A stretch of 64,000 nucleotides of DNA from Vulcanimicrobiota bacterium (lineage in GTDB: Bacteria; Vulcanimicrobiota; Xenobia; Xenobiales; JADMJV01). The translations under genes were made by a program, and so were the position numbers. The stretch lies in NCBI GenBank assembly GCA_050250895.1, contig JBFWNU010000005.1, positions 352,001 to 416,000 on the forward strand, given 5' to 3'. The first letter of the stretch is position 1, and each line of letters opens with the position of its first letter. Of this stretch, positions 1-9,175 are shown piece by piece. The notes below the pieces were generated by a model. It was given only the letters and a program-made list of their open reading frames with translations, made no database searches and was not told where the DNA came from.

Positions 1-2
1 GG

Positions 3-983
3 GTGGCCGTCGAGTCGGCCCTGGAGTGGTCGCAGGCTAAGACCCACGGCCAGCCCGTCGAGATGGGCGACGAGATGATGGGTCTCACTCTCGATATCGT
101 GGGCCGGTCCTTGTTCGGGTCAGAAATGGGCGAGCAGGCCCGCCAGGTGGCCCGATCGCTCGATGCCTTCTACGGCCTGGTCGACCGGGTGGTGGCCCTG
201 GGGCCGCTGGCCTTCTTTTTGCCGACTCCCCGCAATTTTCGTTTTCTCTGGTGCTTGTTTCGGTTGAATCGCTTCGTCGACCAGATGATCCGCCAGCGAG
301 AACGGGAAGTTCCGCGCGACGACTTTCTCTCGATGCTGGTCCATGCCGAAGAAGATGGCCACAAGATGAGTTCGAGCCAGGTGCGCTCGGAGGCGCTCAC
401 TTTGCTGCTGGCCGGACACGAGACGACAGCCGTGGCCATGACCTGGATCTGGTATCTACTCTCGCAGAATCCTGATTGCGAGCGGCGTCTGCATCGGGAG
501 TTGGACGAGGTGCTGGAGGGGCGGCCGCCGACGGTCGAGGATATGGACCGCCTCGATTACACCCGGCGCGTCGTCACCGAGAGCATGCGCCTGTATCCGC
601 CGGCCTATCTTGTCGACCGCCAGCCCAGCCAGGATTTCGAACTGCACGGGTATCGCATTCCGCGCGGGTCCTATGTCTTCGTCAGTCCGTATCTGACCCA
701 GCGGGAGGCCGAGTTCTTTCCCGACCCGACCCGCTTCGATCCCGACCGCTGGTTGCCCGAAGTGGCTGCCCAAAGGCCGCAGCACTCCTATTTTCCCTTC
801 GGAGTCGGCCCGCGCGCCTGCATTGGCCAGTCCTTCGCCTGGATGGAGTCTATTCTCGTGCTGGCCACGCTGGCGCAGACTTGGCGCGCCGAGCTTGACC
901 CGGACCAGGTGGTCGACACCGATGCCAAGATAACTCTGCGGCCTCGTTACGGCATGAAGATGACCTTGCGACGCCGCCAGTAG
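3..983 (+). CDS. Cytochrome P450 (5' end outside window)
   Basis: I-helix AGHETT, K-helix ESMR (ExxR), FDPDRW (PERF-like), heme-ligand motif FGVGPRACIG; ORF is open at the window edge. Confidence 0.97.
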   Translation: MAVESALEWSQAKTHGQPVEMGDEMMGLTLDIVGRSLFGSEMGEQARQVARSLDAFYGLVDRVVALGPLAFFLPTPRNFRFLWCLFRLNRFVDQMIRQREREVPRDDFLSMLVHAEEDGHKMSSSQVRSEALTLLLAGHETTAVAMTWIWYLLSQNPDCERRLHRELDEVLEGRPPTVEDMDRLDYTRRVVTESMRLYPPAYLVDRQPSQDFELHGYRIPRGSYVFVSPYLTQREAEFFPDPTRFDPDRWLPEVAAQRPQHSYFPFGVGPRACIGQSFAWMESILVLATLAQTWRAELDPDQVVDTDAKITLRPRYGMKMTLRRRQ

Positions 984-988
984 GAAGT

Positions 989-1006
989 TGTCACACTTTT
1001 GTAATA
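989..1006 (+). promoter_or_regulatory. Heptamer-N4-heptamer direct-repeat box (winged-helix regulator site candidate)
   Basis: TGTCACA-CTTT-TGTAATA, 11-bp period, AT-rich, 78 nt upstream of the ATG at 1085; similar boxes at 13906, 43124, 49661 and 62163. Confidence 0.4.
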
Positions 1007-1084
1007 TCTGCCCCGGTCATGCGGGGCGCTCTGTGATCGTGTCACTCTATTCTTGACTCACATCGAATCAGGAGGAGAACACAA

Positions 1085-1915
1085 ATGAAAATCGCAGGTC
1101 CCAACCCCTTTGCCTACAACACGCCCGGCATCCCCGCCCCCCCGAAGCCTCGCCCGTCTCTGAACGCTTCCCCAGCCAACTTCTTGAACAATAGCGAGGA
1201 GCGCATCGCCCGTCACGACCTCGACCAGGGTTTGCAGAACTTCGCCGGTGGTGGCTCGCCCAAACCCGGCACCCCGGGTGACCCCGGGGGCCCTCACGGT
1301 CACGGCGGCCCCGGTGGTCCCGGTGGTCCAGGTGGTCCAGGTGGTCCCCAGGGCGGCCAGCAGGCAGGCGGCCAGAACAACTCCTTCACCGATCCCAACG
1401 GCAACAAGGTGACCCACACCAAAGACGGCTATACCGTCATCGAGAATCCCGACGGCTCGACCAAGACCCTAACTCCCGGCGGTTACGAGGTCGCTTACGA
1501 TCCCAACAGCAGCACTTTGACCATGACCAACATGCGCACCAAAGAGTCGACCACCGTCTTTGGCGACCCGCACGTGGCCGAGTCCGATGGGGGAGGGGAC
1601 TACTGGGACTACGACCAGGCGACAAGCTCCTTCGTGCTGGCCGACGGAACCAAGATTACGACCGAGGCGACCAGCGCCAACGGCACCTTGACGGATGTCG
1701 ACATCTATTCGGGGAAGGGGCTGACGCATGTGTCGCAAGATGCCAACGGCACCACGGTTTCGTCGGATCGCTTCGCAGCCGACGCCCAGCAGAACGATGG
1801 CACCGTGTATTACGGCAGCGTCAGTGCCAATGACTGGTATCGCGACGCCGGCCGGACCCAGGAAGTGGCCTCGGTCAACGCTGGCTTTGAGGGTCTGCCC
1901 TACTGGGGGACCTAG
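1085..1915 (+). CDS. DUF1521-like protein with Pro/Gly-rich N-terminus and GDPH motif
   Basis: RBS AGGAGGAG before the ATG; TVFGDPHV...SFVLADGTKIT resembles DUF1521; GGP repeats in the linker. Confidence 0.75.
   Translation: MKIAGPNPFAYNTPGIPAPPKPRPSLNASPANFLNNSEERIARHDLDQGLQNFAGGGSPKPGTPGDPGGPHGHGGPGGPGGPGGPGGPQGGQQAGGQNNSFTDPNGNKVTHTKDGYTVIENPDGSTKTLTPGGYEVAYDPNSSTLTMTNMRTKESTTVFGDPHVAESDGGGDYWDYDQATSSFVLADGTKITTEATSANGTLTDVDIYSGKGLTHVSQDANGTTVSSDRFAADAQQNDGTVYYGSVSANDWYRDAGRTQEVASVNAGFEGLPYWGT
1304..1348 (+). repeat. Intragenic 9-bp tandem repeat encoding (GGP)x5
   Basis: ggcggcccc ggtggtccc ggtggtcca ggtggtcca ggtggtccc. Confidence 0.9.
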
Positions 1916-1917
1916 TC

Positions 1918-2433
1918 CTAGTCCAGATGCAACTTGAAGGCCAGTTCGCGGGCTTCGGCCCCGGGCTGGCCGGCCTTCAAGTAGAACCTCAGCAGCCCCG
2001 GGCCGATCCGCTCCACCGAAAAGGCCGCGGCCGGCCCGAGCACCACCAGGACCTGCTCGGGTTGGGCGGGGGCCTTCAGCACCAGCTTGTAGTCGCTCAG
2101 GCCCACCGTGGCCGGAGGGGCGAGGTCGGGTTCTCCGCTCGCATCGAGCAGCAAGATGCCGTCCGAAGTGAAGCGGTAAGGACGCATCACCACCTGTTGG
2201 CTGGCCCCGGCGGCAGGCTCGATCAGGGCGGCTCGCGACAGGGCGAAGGTCAGCTTCTGGCGGGCCAGGCGCAGGGCCAGTTCGGCATCGGCAGTCGATT
2301 CGGCATGGCCCTGCGAGCGCTTGCTCTGGGTCATGGAGATGGCCATGAAAGTCAGGACCACCAGCAGCAAACCACTGACCACCATCAATTCGAGCAGGGT
2401 CGTGGCTCTTATGGATAGCTGTCGTAATAGCAC
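1918..2433 (-). CDS. PilW/PulJ-like minor pilin (pseudopilin)
   Basis: RA|TTLLELMVVSGLLLVVL prepilin-like helix with Glu5; third gene of an overlapping triad. Start taken as GTG at 2433 (track extends to 2472). Confidence 0.7.
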   Translation of the reverse strand: MLLRQLSIRATTLLELMVVSGLLLVVLTFMAISMTQSKRSQGHAESTADAELALRLARQKLTFALSRAALIEPAAGASQQVVMRPYRFTSDGILLLDASGEPDLAPPATVGLSDYKLVLKAPAQPEQVLVVLGPAAAFSVERIGPGLLRFYLKAGQPGAEARELAFKLHLD

Positions 2434-2795
2434 CAGAGCCTGGTGGTCTGCTCGCCCTGGCGGTCGCGCCACCAGAGGATCACAGTCACTTTCTTGAGAG
2501 TGGGAGTGGTCGGATGGTTAGGTTCGACCTCGATGGCCGCCTCGAAATCCAGGGCGTCGGAGAGGGGGCTGCGGACGCGGCTCACATCGGCGGCAAAGTC
2601 TTGCTCGAGTTGTTCGGCAACCTCGGCCTGGAGGTCGAGGCTCAGGTCTCGAGCGCGTTGGCGCAGGGTGTCCTTGACCTGGGCCTGATGGTAGCGGGTC
2701 TGCACGGCCAATACGGCCAACAGGGCCATGGCGCAGAACGCGACGGCCAGAACCAGTTCGAGAAGGTTAGTACCGAACGGTCGTCTTGTAGACAT
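2409..2795 (-). CDS. PilV/PulI-like minor pilin
   Basis: RRPFG|TNLLELVLAVAF prepilin-like motif with Glu5; C-terminal LKKVTVILWW typical of PilV-like proteins. Confidence 0.75.
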   Translation of the reverse strand: MSTRRPFGTNLLELVLAVAFCAMALLAVLAVQTRYHQAQVKDTLRQRARDLSLDLQAEVAEQLEQDFAADVSRVRSPLSDALDFEAAIEVEPNHPTTPTLKKVTVILWWRDRQGEQTTRLWCYYDSYP

Positions 2796-4173
2796 ACTCG
2801 TCGTCGCGGGGGACTCCGCCGATTTCTAGTTCTCTGACCGTGCCGTCGGGCAAGCTCAGTTCAGACCAGTCGGTTTGGGTTCGCTTCCACAGGCGCTGAC
2901 CAGCCGCCTCTTCGGCGTGTTCATAGAAGTAGAGACTCTCCTCGGCGTCGAGGAAAGACTGAACCCCCGCGGTCATGGTGGCTGGGGGAGAATTGACGAG
3001 GTTCCATTGGCCGCCTTTGAATTCCAAGACACATCCCTGGCCACCGGTCACGACGCTGGCCAGCACCCGACCTTTGCTTCCCAGGGCAAGTCTTCCCACT
3101 CTGGTCGGCACCGAAGGGTCGAGTTCCAAACCGTTGGCGGTCGCTCGCGGGCGAGGGACGGGCGGCAAGAATCCCCATTGGCCCTGAGCCTCGCCCAGGG
3201 CGATGGTCGACGGGTTGTTGCCGAGGTGCATCACCACCGCCACTTTGCCGTCGCGAGCCACCACCTGGTCGAGACTGGTGGTACCCTGGTCGTCGACCAT
3301 CAGGCTGCCGTCGTGGTCATAGACTCTGGCCGGAGGGCCGGTGCCGACCAGCCAGTTGCGATTCTCGATCGAGTAAGCATAGAGTTCACGACGGATCTGG
3401 TTGGGATTGGCCGGATTCGGCGCGGTGTTGAGCAGCACCGGCTGGTTCTTGACCAGGTAGAGGTGGTCACTATCGGCGGCGGCCGTTACGTCGGGCGACA
3501 GCAGGTTGGTGGTGTCGGGCAAGGGGATCGTCTCCCAACTCTGCTGGCCGGCCCGGAACCTGGCAAAGGAGAAGGCCGCCACCGAGCCGGTCATCGCCGA
3601 GCGCAAGGCAAAGAGGTCGCCTTCGAGGTTGGCCGCCGTGGCGAAGGTGATGACCTGGTTGGGGACCCCGGTATAAGGTTCGTGCGAGTCGGCCAGAAAG
3701 AAGCTGGAGGGTGGCTCGGGCAGGGGCCGCCATTCGAGCTGGGTACCCTCGAAGCGGGCCATCAGCAGTTGCTCTTCGGTTGCTTGTTGGGTGCGGGCGT
3801 AACCTACCGTGTCCTTCTTGTTTTCTTGCCGCAGCACGCGGGTAAAGCGGCTTCGCCCGACCTCGGCGGTCAGATGGAACAGTTCGGGGTCGTCGGCATC
3901 GGCGCGCAGTTCGGCCCGATAATGAATTCCGTCGAGTTGTCCCTGGGTATTCCAGGGGGGAGCCTGGGGAAGGCGTCCGGCCGTGTGAAACTGGTCCACC
4001 AGGACCGCTGTGACCGAGCGGGCCGTCAATTCTTCCTGGTCGTGCGAGCGCAAGCCGGCGCCGGCCTGAGCAAGGGCCCGGAGACGGGCCAGACCCACAG
4101 TGGAGAGGAACATCGCGATCATGACGACAATTAGTGCCGTGATCAGGACGTAACCCCGCATCCGTTTCCCCAT
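2767..4173 (-). CDS. PilX/PulK-like minor pilin with beta-rich (kelch/propeller-like) C-terminal domain
   Basis: MRG|YVLITALIVVMIAMFL leader lacking Glu5, as in PilX; repeated W-x-x-L-P-x-P motifs. Confidence 0.7.
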   Translation of the reverse strand: MGKRMRGYVLITALIVVMIAMFLSTVGLARLRALAQAGAGLRSHDQEELTARSVTAVLVDQFHTAGRLPQAPPWNTQGQLDGIHYRAELRADADDPELFHLTAEVGRSRFTRVLRQENKKDTVGYARTQQATEEQLLMARFEGTQLEWRPLPEPPSSFFLADSHEPYTGVPNQVITFATAANLEGDLFALRSAMTGSVAAFSFARFRAGQQSWETIPLPDTTNLLSPDVTAAADSDHLYLVKNQPVLLNTAPNPANPNQIRRELYAYSIENRNWLVGTGPPARVYDHDGSLMVDDQGTTSLDQVVARDGKVAVVMHLGNNPSTIALGEAQGQWGFLPPVPRPRATANGLELDPSVPTRVGRLALGSKGRVLASVVTGGQGCVLEFKGGQWNLVNSPPATMTAGVQSFLDAEESLYFYEHAEEAAGQRLWKRTQTDWSELSLPDGTVRELEIGGVPRDDEYVYKTTVRY

Positions 4174-4189
4174 GGCGACAAGTATAGCA
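4174..4189 (-). promoter_or_regulatory. Extended -10 promoter, probably giving a leaderless mRNA for the pilin triad
   Basis: Minus strand reads TG-C-TATACT, 7 nt, then ATG at 4173; no RBS present. Confidence 0.5.
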
Positions 4190-5238
4190 TGCCTTCTTCT
4201 CGAGCCTCAACCGAGTTTCGTCTGAGCCTGGCCCAGTTGCGTGGGTTTTTTACCCAATTGCATCTGCTGGTCGACTCGGGCATTGGGCTCCTGGACGCCC
4301 TCGAGGCCATGGCCCGCGAGGCACCCGAGATCGACCAGACGGTGGAGCGAATCAACCTGAGGTTGCGGGCCGGCAGTGAACTCGAGGCGGCCTTCGCCAA
4401 AGCCTCGAGCAGCTTCGACCGGCTCACCATCGGATTGCTCCGTCTGGGGCGTGAAACGGGCATGCTGGCCAAGGTGTTGGGGCGTCTGGCCGAACGAAGC
4501 GAGGAGCGTTATCGACGCTTTCAGCATCTGCGCTCGGCTTTGAGCTATCCCGTTGGGATTCTCAGCCTGGCCGGGTTGTGTTGTCTGGTCATCACCTGGA
4601 TTCTGTTGCCGCAGCTCGCCTCGGTGCTCGAGAGCTTCGGAGCGGAGCCTCCGCTGCCCACCCGCATACTGCTAACGGTCGCCCACTATCGGTTCTGGCT
4701 GTTCAATCTGATGGCCGCTCCCCTGGTAGGTCTGGCCTTCTTCTACCGGTTCCGCCGCGAGCGTTGGGACCGCTGGTGGCGCGAGAGTCTCTTTCGGCTA
4801 CCGCTGGTGGGCAAGCTATGGGTAGCCCGGGGCCAGGCTGATCTGGCCGAAGACCTGGCTTTAGCCTCAGAGGCCGGCCTGGCTCTGGTCGAAGCCTTCC
4901 GTTTGCTGGCCCAGAGCAGCCAGGATCCCTTGCTCGGCCCGGCTCTCGCCCGGGTGGCCAGGGCTCTTGAGCACGGCGACGAGATGGAGCAAGCGCTGGC
5001 CCAGGAGGCGGCCCTGTCGTCCAATCTTCGCCATAGCCTGGTGGTCGGCCTGAACACGGGCAAGCTGGAAGTTCTTTTGAAAGCCACCGCGCGCAACCTG
5101 GAGGAAGAGTTGCGTTTTCGGACCGATCAGTTGCTGGCCTTGCTCGAGCCGATGGTGATGGCCGGTCTGGGCTGCATCACCGGCTTTGTGGTGGTGGCCA
5201 GCCTGTTGCCGATCTATTCCGTGGTCAACTCGGTTTAG
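4189..5238 (+). CDS. Type II secretion / type IV pilus platform protein (GspF/PilC family)
   Basis: FFTQL..LVDSGIGLLDAL, GRETGML, ALSYP, PLPTRILL, LPLVGKL, LLEPMV: two T2SSF repeats. Confidence 0.92.
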   Translation: MPSSRASTEFRLSLAQLRGFFTQLHLLVDSGIGLLDALEAMAREAPEIDQTVERINLRLRAGSELEAAFAKASSSFDRLTIGLLRLGRETGMLAKVLGRLAERSEERYRRFQHLRSALSYPVGILSLAGLCCLVITWILLPQLASVLESFGAEPPLPTRILLTVAHYRFWLFNLMAAPLVGLAFFYRFRRERWDRWWRESLFRLPLVGKLWVARGQADLAEDLALASEAGLALVEAFRLLAQSSQDPLLGPALARVARALEHGDEMEQALAQEAALSSNLRHSLVVGLNTGKLEVLLKATARNLEEELRFRTDQLLALLEPMVMAGLGCITGFVVVASLLPIYSVVNSV

Positions 5239-6979
5239 CCTCGGGCAGCGGCAGATCGGCCCGAAAGAGGGCTCCCGACTCGACCTCGAGACACTCTAAC
5301 CGGCCGCCCAGTCGCTCGGCCATCTGGCTCGACAGATAGAGCCCCAGGCCGGTGCCGGCCCCGATAGGTTTGGTAGTGAAAAAGGCCTCGAAGATGGCTT
5401 GCCGCCGCTCGACCGGCACGCCCGGGCCGTTGTCTTTTACCTCGAGCCAGGCTCGGTCATGTTGGCGCATCAGGCTGAGCCGCAAGCGCCGGGGCGGCTC
5501 GACGGTGGCCAGCGCGTCGCAGGCGTTGAGCAACAGGTTGGTGACGATGCCGTAGAGGTCCAGGGGTTGGCCCCACAGTTGCAGATCGTCCCCCAGCTCG
5601 GATTCGAACTCGATATTCTCGCGCAGGCGCAGTTTGAGGACGGCCATTGCATCCTCGAGCACCTCGTGAGCCCAAAACAGGCTGGAGGGCTGTTCGGCCT
5701 GGTCCGGTCGGGCGTAAGAGTTGAGACGCTTGACCGTCTGTTGCGCTCGAGTCACCGCGCTCAGGATGCCCTTGAAGACCTCCTCCAGACGCTCGGGCTT
5801 GCGCGTGCCCAGGTTCTGCCCGTATTCGGCCGAAAGCCGAATGGCCCCCAGGGGAGTGTTCATTTCGTGGGCCACCCCGGCCGCCAGCCGGCCCACCGCC
5901 GCCAGTCGCCCCTGAGCCAGCATCTGGGTCTGGCTCTTGCGGGTCTCTTCGAGGGCGTCCACCACCTGCCCGTGCAGGCGCGCGTTTTCGAGACTGGTGG
6001 CCAGAATGCGGGCCAGCATCAGGGCCACTCTCTGCTCTTCGTCGGCGAGTTGACCGCTCACCAGCGGGGCCTGTCCTTCCAGGCTCGAGGGCAAGGCCAG
6101 ACCGGCCTGACAAGCAACCAGCTTGCCCTCAAGCCTGGCCTGGACCATCGCCCGAGTCACCTCTGGATCGGTTACCTCGTTTTCCCACTGCAGTCGGGCC
6201 TGGGGGAGCAGCTCGCGCAAGCTGACGGTGAAGGCCTGGCGCAGGCTGGGCAGGTCTTGCAAGACGGCCATGCGGTTGGCCGCTTGAATCAGGCCGGCCA
6301 GTCGTCCTTTCTCGCCCTCGGCCTGCTGCCAGGCTTGCTTGAAACGGTCAGCCCGAGCCTGGCTCTGGTCGGCTTTTCGATAGAGGCGAGTGAGGGTCGA
6401 AAAGAAGTCTTCGCGGGCGCAGGCCAGGGCGGCTACCAGAGGGAGCAGGGCTAATCCCGTCAGCGGCTGGGCGGCCAACAACTGGCCCCAGGCCAGGGCC
6501 ACTCCCGGGGCGGCCAGGACGATCAGCAAGTCTTCGCGGAAGGGGCCTTTGCGGGCCGGCACGAGAAAGGCCACGAGCAAATAGACCTGGCTGGCCAACA
6601 GAGCTTGAGCCCCATCGGCCGCGTCGGCTGCCACGGCAAAGGCAGCCGTCACCGGCAACAAACCGCGTCCGGCCTGCTGCACCAGCCCGGCGTCGAGGCG
6701 CTTGCGACCCAACAACATGAAGAGGGTGCCCAGCAACAGGCCAAGCAAGGCACACAGCTTGCCGGGTTGGGGCAGGTAGAGCCCGGCCAGGGCCACCGCC
6801 CCGCTCACCCGCGACACCCTTTGCCAGCCACAGACCAGCACCAGCAGGTCGGCGAAGACGACGGTCACCAGCATGAGAAAGTGGCCCATGGCCGGAGCGC
6901 CGGCCGCGGCCTGGCTGACGAACAAGCCTCCCGCCAGAAAAAGGCCCCACGGCCAGGCTGCCAGCAGAAAACGCTTCAC
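5225..6979 (-). CDS. Membrane sensor histidine kinase
   Basis: Several N-terminal TM helices; H-box AHEMNTPL, N-box NLLLNA, DNGPG, FFTTK..GTGLGL. Confidence 0.95.
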   Translation of the reverse strand: MKRFLLAAWPWGLFLAGGLFVSQAAAGAPAMGHFLMLVTVVFADLLVLVCGWQRVSRVSGAVALAGLYLPQPGKLCALLGLLLGTLFMLLGRKRLDAGLVQQAGRGLLPVTAAFAVAADAADGAQALLASQVYLLVAFLVPARKGPFREDLLIVLAAPGVALAWGQLLAAQPLTGLALLPLVAALACAREDFFSTLTRLYRKADQSQARADRFKQAWQQAEGEKGRLAGLIQAANRMAVLQDLPSLRQAFTVSLRELLPQARLQWENEVTDPEVTRAMVQARLEGKLVACQAGLALPSSLEGQAPLVSGQLADEEQRVALMLARILATSLENARLHGQVVDALEETRKSQTQMLAQGRLAAVGRLAAGVAHEMNTPLGAIRLSAEYGQNLGTRKPERLEEVFKGILSAVTRAQQTVKRLNSYARPDQAEQPSSLFWAHEVLEDAMAVLKLRLRENIEFESELGDDLQLWGQPLDLYGIVTNLLLNACDALATVEPPRRLRLSLMRQHDRAWLEVKDNGPGVPVERRQAIFEAFFTTKPIGAGTGLGLYLSSQMAERLGGRLECLEVESGALFRADLPLPEAKPS

Positions 6980-9162
6980 ATTCCAAGTTTCGCCTTCTGC
7001 AAAGTTCGCACCAACTCGATGCTCGGTTCGCTGCCAAATTCGTTGAGCAGCAAAATGCGCACACGCTCATACTGGCGCACTGCCTCTTCGGGTCGACCCT
7101 CGGCGATGTAGGCCTCCATGGTGAGTCGGTGGGCATTCTGGTGGCTCGGTTCGAGTTCGAACAAGCGGCCTGCCAACTCGAGCGTCTCGCGGGGATGTCC
7201 CAGTTCCAGGCACAGTTCGGCCAATCGCTCGGTGAAGGTCTCGTATTTTAGCTCGTAGTGCCGGCGGGCCGGCAAGGCCCATTCCATCGGGCAGTCTTCA
7301 AGATAGGGTCCGCGATAGAGCCTGAGACTGTCCTTCCAGACTTCGCGCGCCGGGGCCGGTTGGCCGGCCTCGAGCAGGCGTTGGCCCTCTTCTAAGCCCT
7401 GGTCGAACTCCTCGAGGTCGCTCCAGGCCTCGAGTTCGGGATTGAGTCCCAGGCCGGTGCCTGAGCGGGTGAAAGGATCGACGGTCAGACCCAGCGCTTT
7501 GCGTGCGTCGCTGACGGCCTGGTAAAGGTTCTTGAGACCTCGCTCGGGAGCCGAACTGGGCCAGAACTGGTCGACCAAGGTCTCTTGAGGCACGGCCTTG
7601 CCGTTTCGCGCCGCCACGCAGGCGAGCAAAAAGCGAGCCTTCTGGGTTCTCCAGGCCCCGCTTTCGATGGGCTGGGCTCCCACGGCCACCTCGAAGCAAC
7701 CCAGGCTGGCCAGGCGCAGGCGAGGTCTGGCCTCGCTGCCGCGCAACTGGCGGGCCCGCTGACGGACCTGGGTCGAACTTGACTCGCTGAGCCTGTCGAG
7801 TACGGCCGGGCTTTCTCGGGCTAGTCGTTGCACGACCCTTCGGTGCAGACCAGTGTCCAGACTGGGAAGACGCTCCAGCAGAACCGGCAGCAGCCAGGGC
7901 GCGCAGGAAACCAGCAAATCATGCCGGTGCGGCTCCCCCAGCTTCTCCAGGGCCCGGTCGAGACCGGTCTGGTCGCCCTCACCCAGACACCACAGAGCGA
8001 TCGTCGCCTTGGCCCACAAGCCACCGTCGAGTTCGGCGGCGGCCTCGCGCAGCAAAGTCTTGCCCTCGAGAAAGCCACCCTGAATGGCCACCAACCCGGC
8101 TTCGAGGCGAAGCTCGGCGGCTTCTTGCCGGGCCAACCTGGGCAGCAGCCGCACCAATCCGTTGAGGGCCTGGCGGGCATGCTCGATAGCCCCCGAGCGC
8201 TGATGGAGCCGGGCCAGGCTCAGCCAGCCCTGGCCCCGGGTTCGGCTGGCGCCTTCGCCGGCCACCAGCCGGTTGAGGGCCTCTTCGGCGGCGGCCGGCT
8301 GGCCCGAGGCCATCAAGGCTCGGGCCAGTCCCAGCAAGGCGCCCTCAGAGTTGCGGCCCACCGCCTGGGTGGGGAGGCTACGATCGAGGAAGGCTTGACC
8401 CAGGGCGCCCGCGGGCTCGAGCCCTCGGGTCAGGGCCACGGCATAGGCCCCGATGCCCTCGGGACTTGGCTCAAACCCGGGTTGCTCGTCCAGGCGCCGG
8501 GCCAGCCCGACCACCTCGTCCGGCAGCGTCTGCACCAACAGGCTGCCGGGATCTTCGAACTCGTCACTCTGGCGCAACAGGTGCAGCAGCACGGCCGCCT
8601 CCAGGGTGCGGGCCGTCTCGGCCGAGAGCTGGTAGTGCAGGGCCACGCGATGAGCGGCCGAGGCCGCCTGGCGCCAATTCCAGGCCGACCCCACCGGCGA
8701 GAGATCGTGGGCTCCTGAAAGGCTGGCCAGGGCCCAGCTCGCCAGTTTCTGCCCGGCCACCTTCTGGCGTCTGAGGCTGCGCTTGCCCAGGGCCATCCTG
8801 ACCAGTCCCTCGAGGGCCGCCAGAAAGTCCTTCATGGCAAACGGCTTGCGCAGGTAGTCACCCACCCCCAGGCGGATGGCCCGGATCGAGTCAGCCTCAG
8901 AGGCGAAGCCGGTGATGACCAGACTCAACAGCTCGGGGTTGGCCTCCTTGAGTTGGCCTAGCACTTCCAGCCCGTCGGGACCTGGCAGGCGCACATCGAG
9001 TACCATGATTTCGGGGTCGAGAGCGGGCGCTTTCTCGAGAGCCTCGCGGGCGTCGGCGGCCACGGCCACCTGGTAGCCTTCGTCTTCGAGCAACCAGAAC
9101 AGGGCCTCGCGAAGCTCTACTTCGTCTTCGAGTATGAGCAGCCGCGGCGGTCCCTCTTCCAT
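6976..9162 (-). CDS. Response regulator: REC + TPR-like + winged helix/BTAD (SARP-like) activator
   Basis: ILEDE, LDVRLPGPDG and KPF receiver motifs; C-terminal LGCFEV..WRTQKARFLL, LYRGPYL, AHRLTM, EFGSEPS BTAD motifs; 4-nt overlap with the kinase. Confidence 0.9.
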   Translation of the reverse strand: MEEGPPRLLILEDEVELREALFWLLEDEGYQVAVAADAREALEKAPALDPEIMVLDVRLPGPDGLEVLGQLKEANPELLSLVITGFASEADSIRAIRLGVGDYLRKPFAMKDFLAALEGLVRMALGKRSLRRQKVAGQKLASWALASLSGAHDLSPVGSAWNWRQAASAAHRVALHYQLSAETARTLEAAVLLHLLRQSDEFEDPGSLLVQTLPDEVVGLARRLDEQPGFEPSPEGIGAYAVALTRGLEPAGALGQAFLDRSLPTQAVGRNSEGALLGLARALMASGQPAAAEEALNRLVAGEGASRTRGQGWLSLARLHQRSGAIEHARQALNGLVRLLPRLARQEAAELRLEAGLVAIQGGFLEGKTLLREAAAELDGGLWAKATIALWCLGEGDQTGLDRALEKLGEPHRHDLLVSCAPWLLPVLLERLPSLDTGLHRRVVQRLARESPAVLDRLSESSSTQVRQRARQLRGSEARPRLRLASLGCFEVAVGAQPIESGAWRTQKARFLLACVAARNGKAVPQETLVDQFWPSSAPERGLKNLYQAVSDARKALGLTVDPFTRSGTGLGLNPELEAWSDLEEFDQGLEEGQRLLEAGQPAPAREVWKDSLRLYRGPYLEDCPMEWALPARRHYELKYETFTERLAELCLELGHPRETLELAGRLFELEPSHQNAHRLTMEAYIAEGRPEEAVRQYERVRILLLNEFGSEPSIELVRTLQKAKLGM

Positions 9163-9175
9163 CCCTAACGGTTTA

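Noticed and set aside
1032-1046. CRP/FNR-like site TGTGA-TCGTG-TCACT
   Set aside because: The spacer is 5 nt rather than the required 6.
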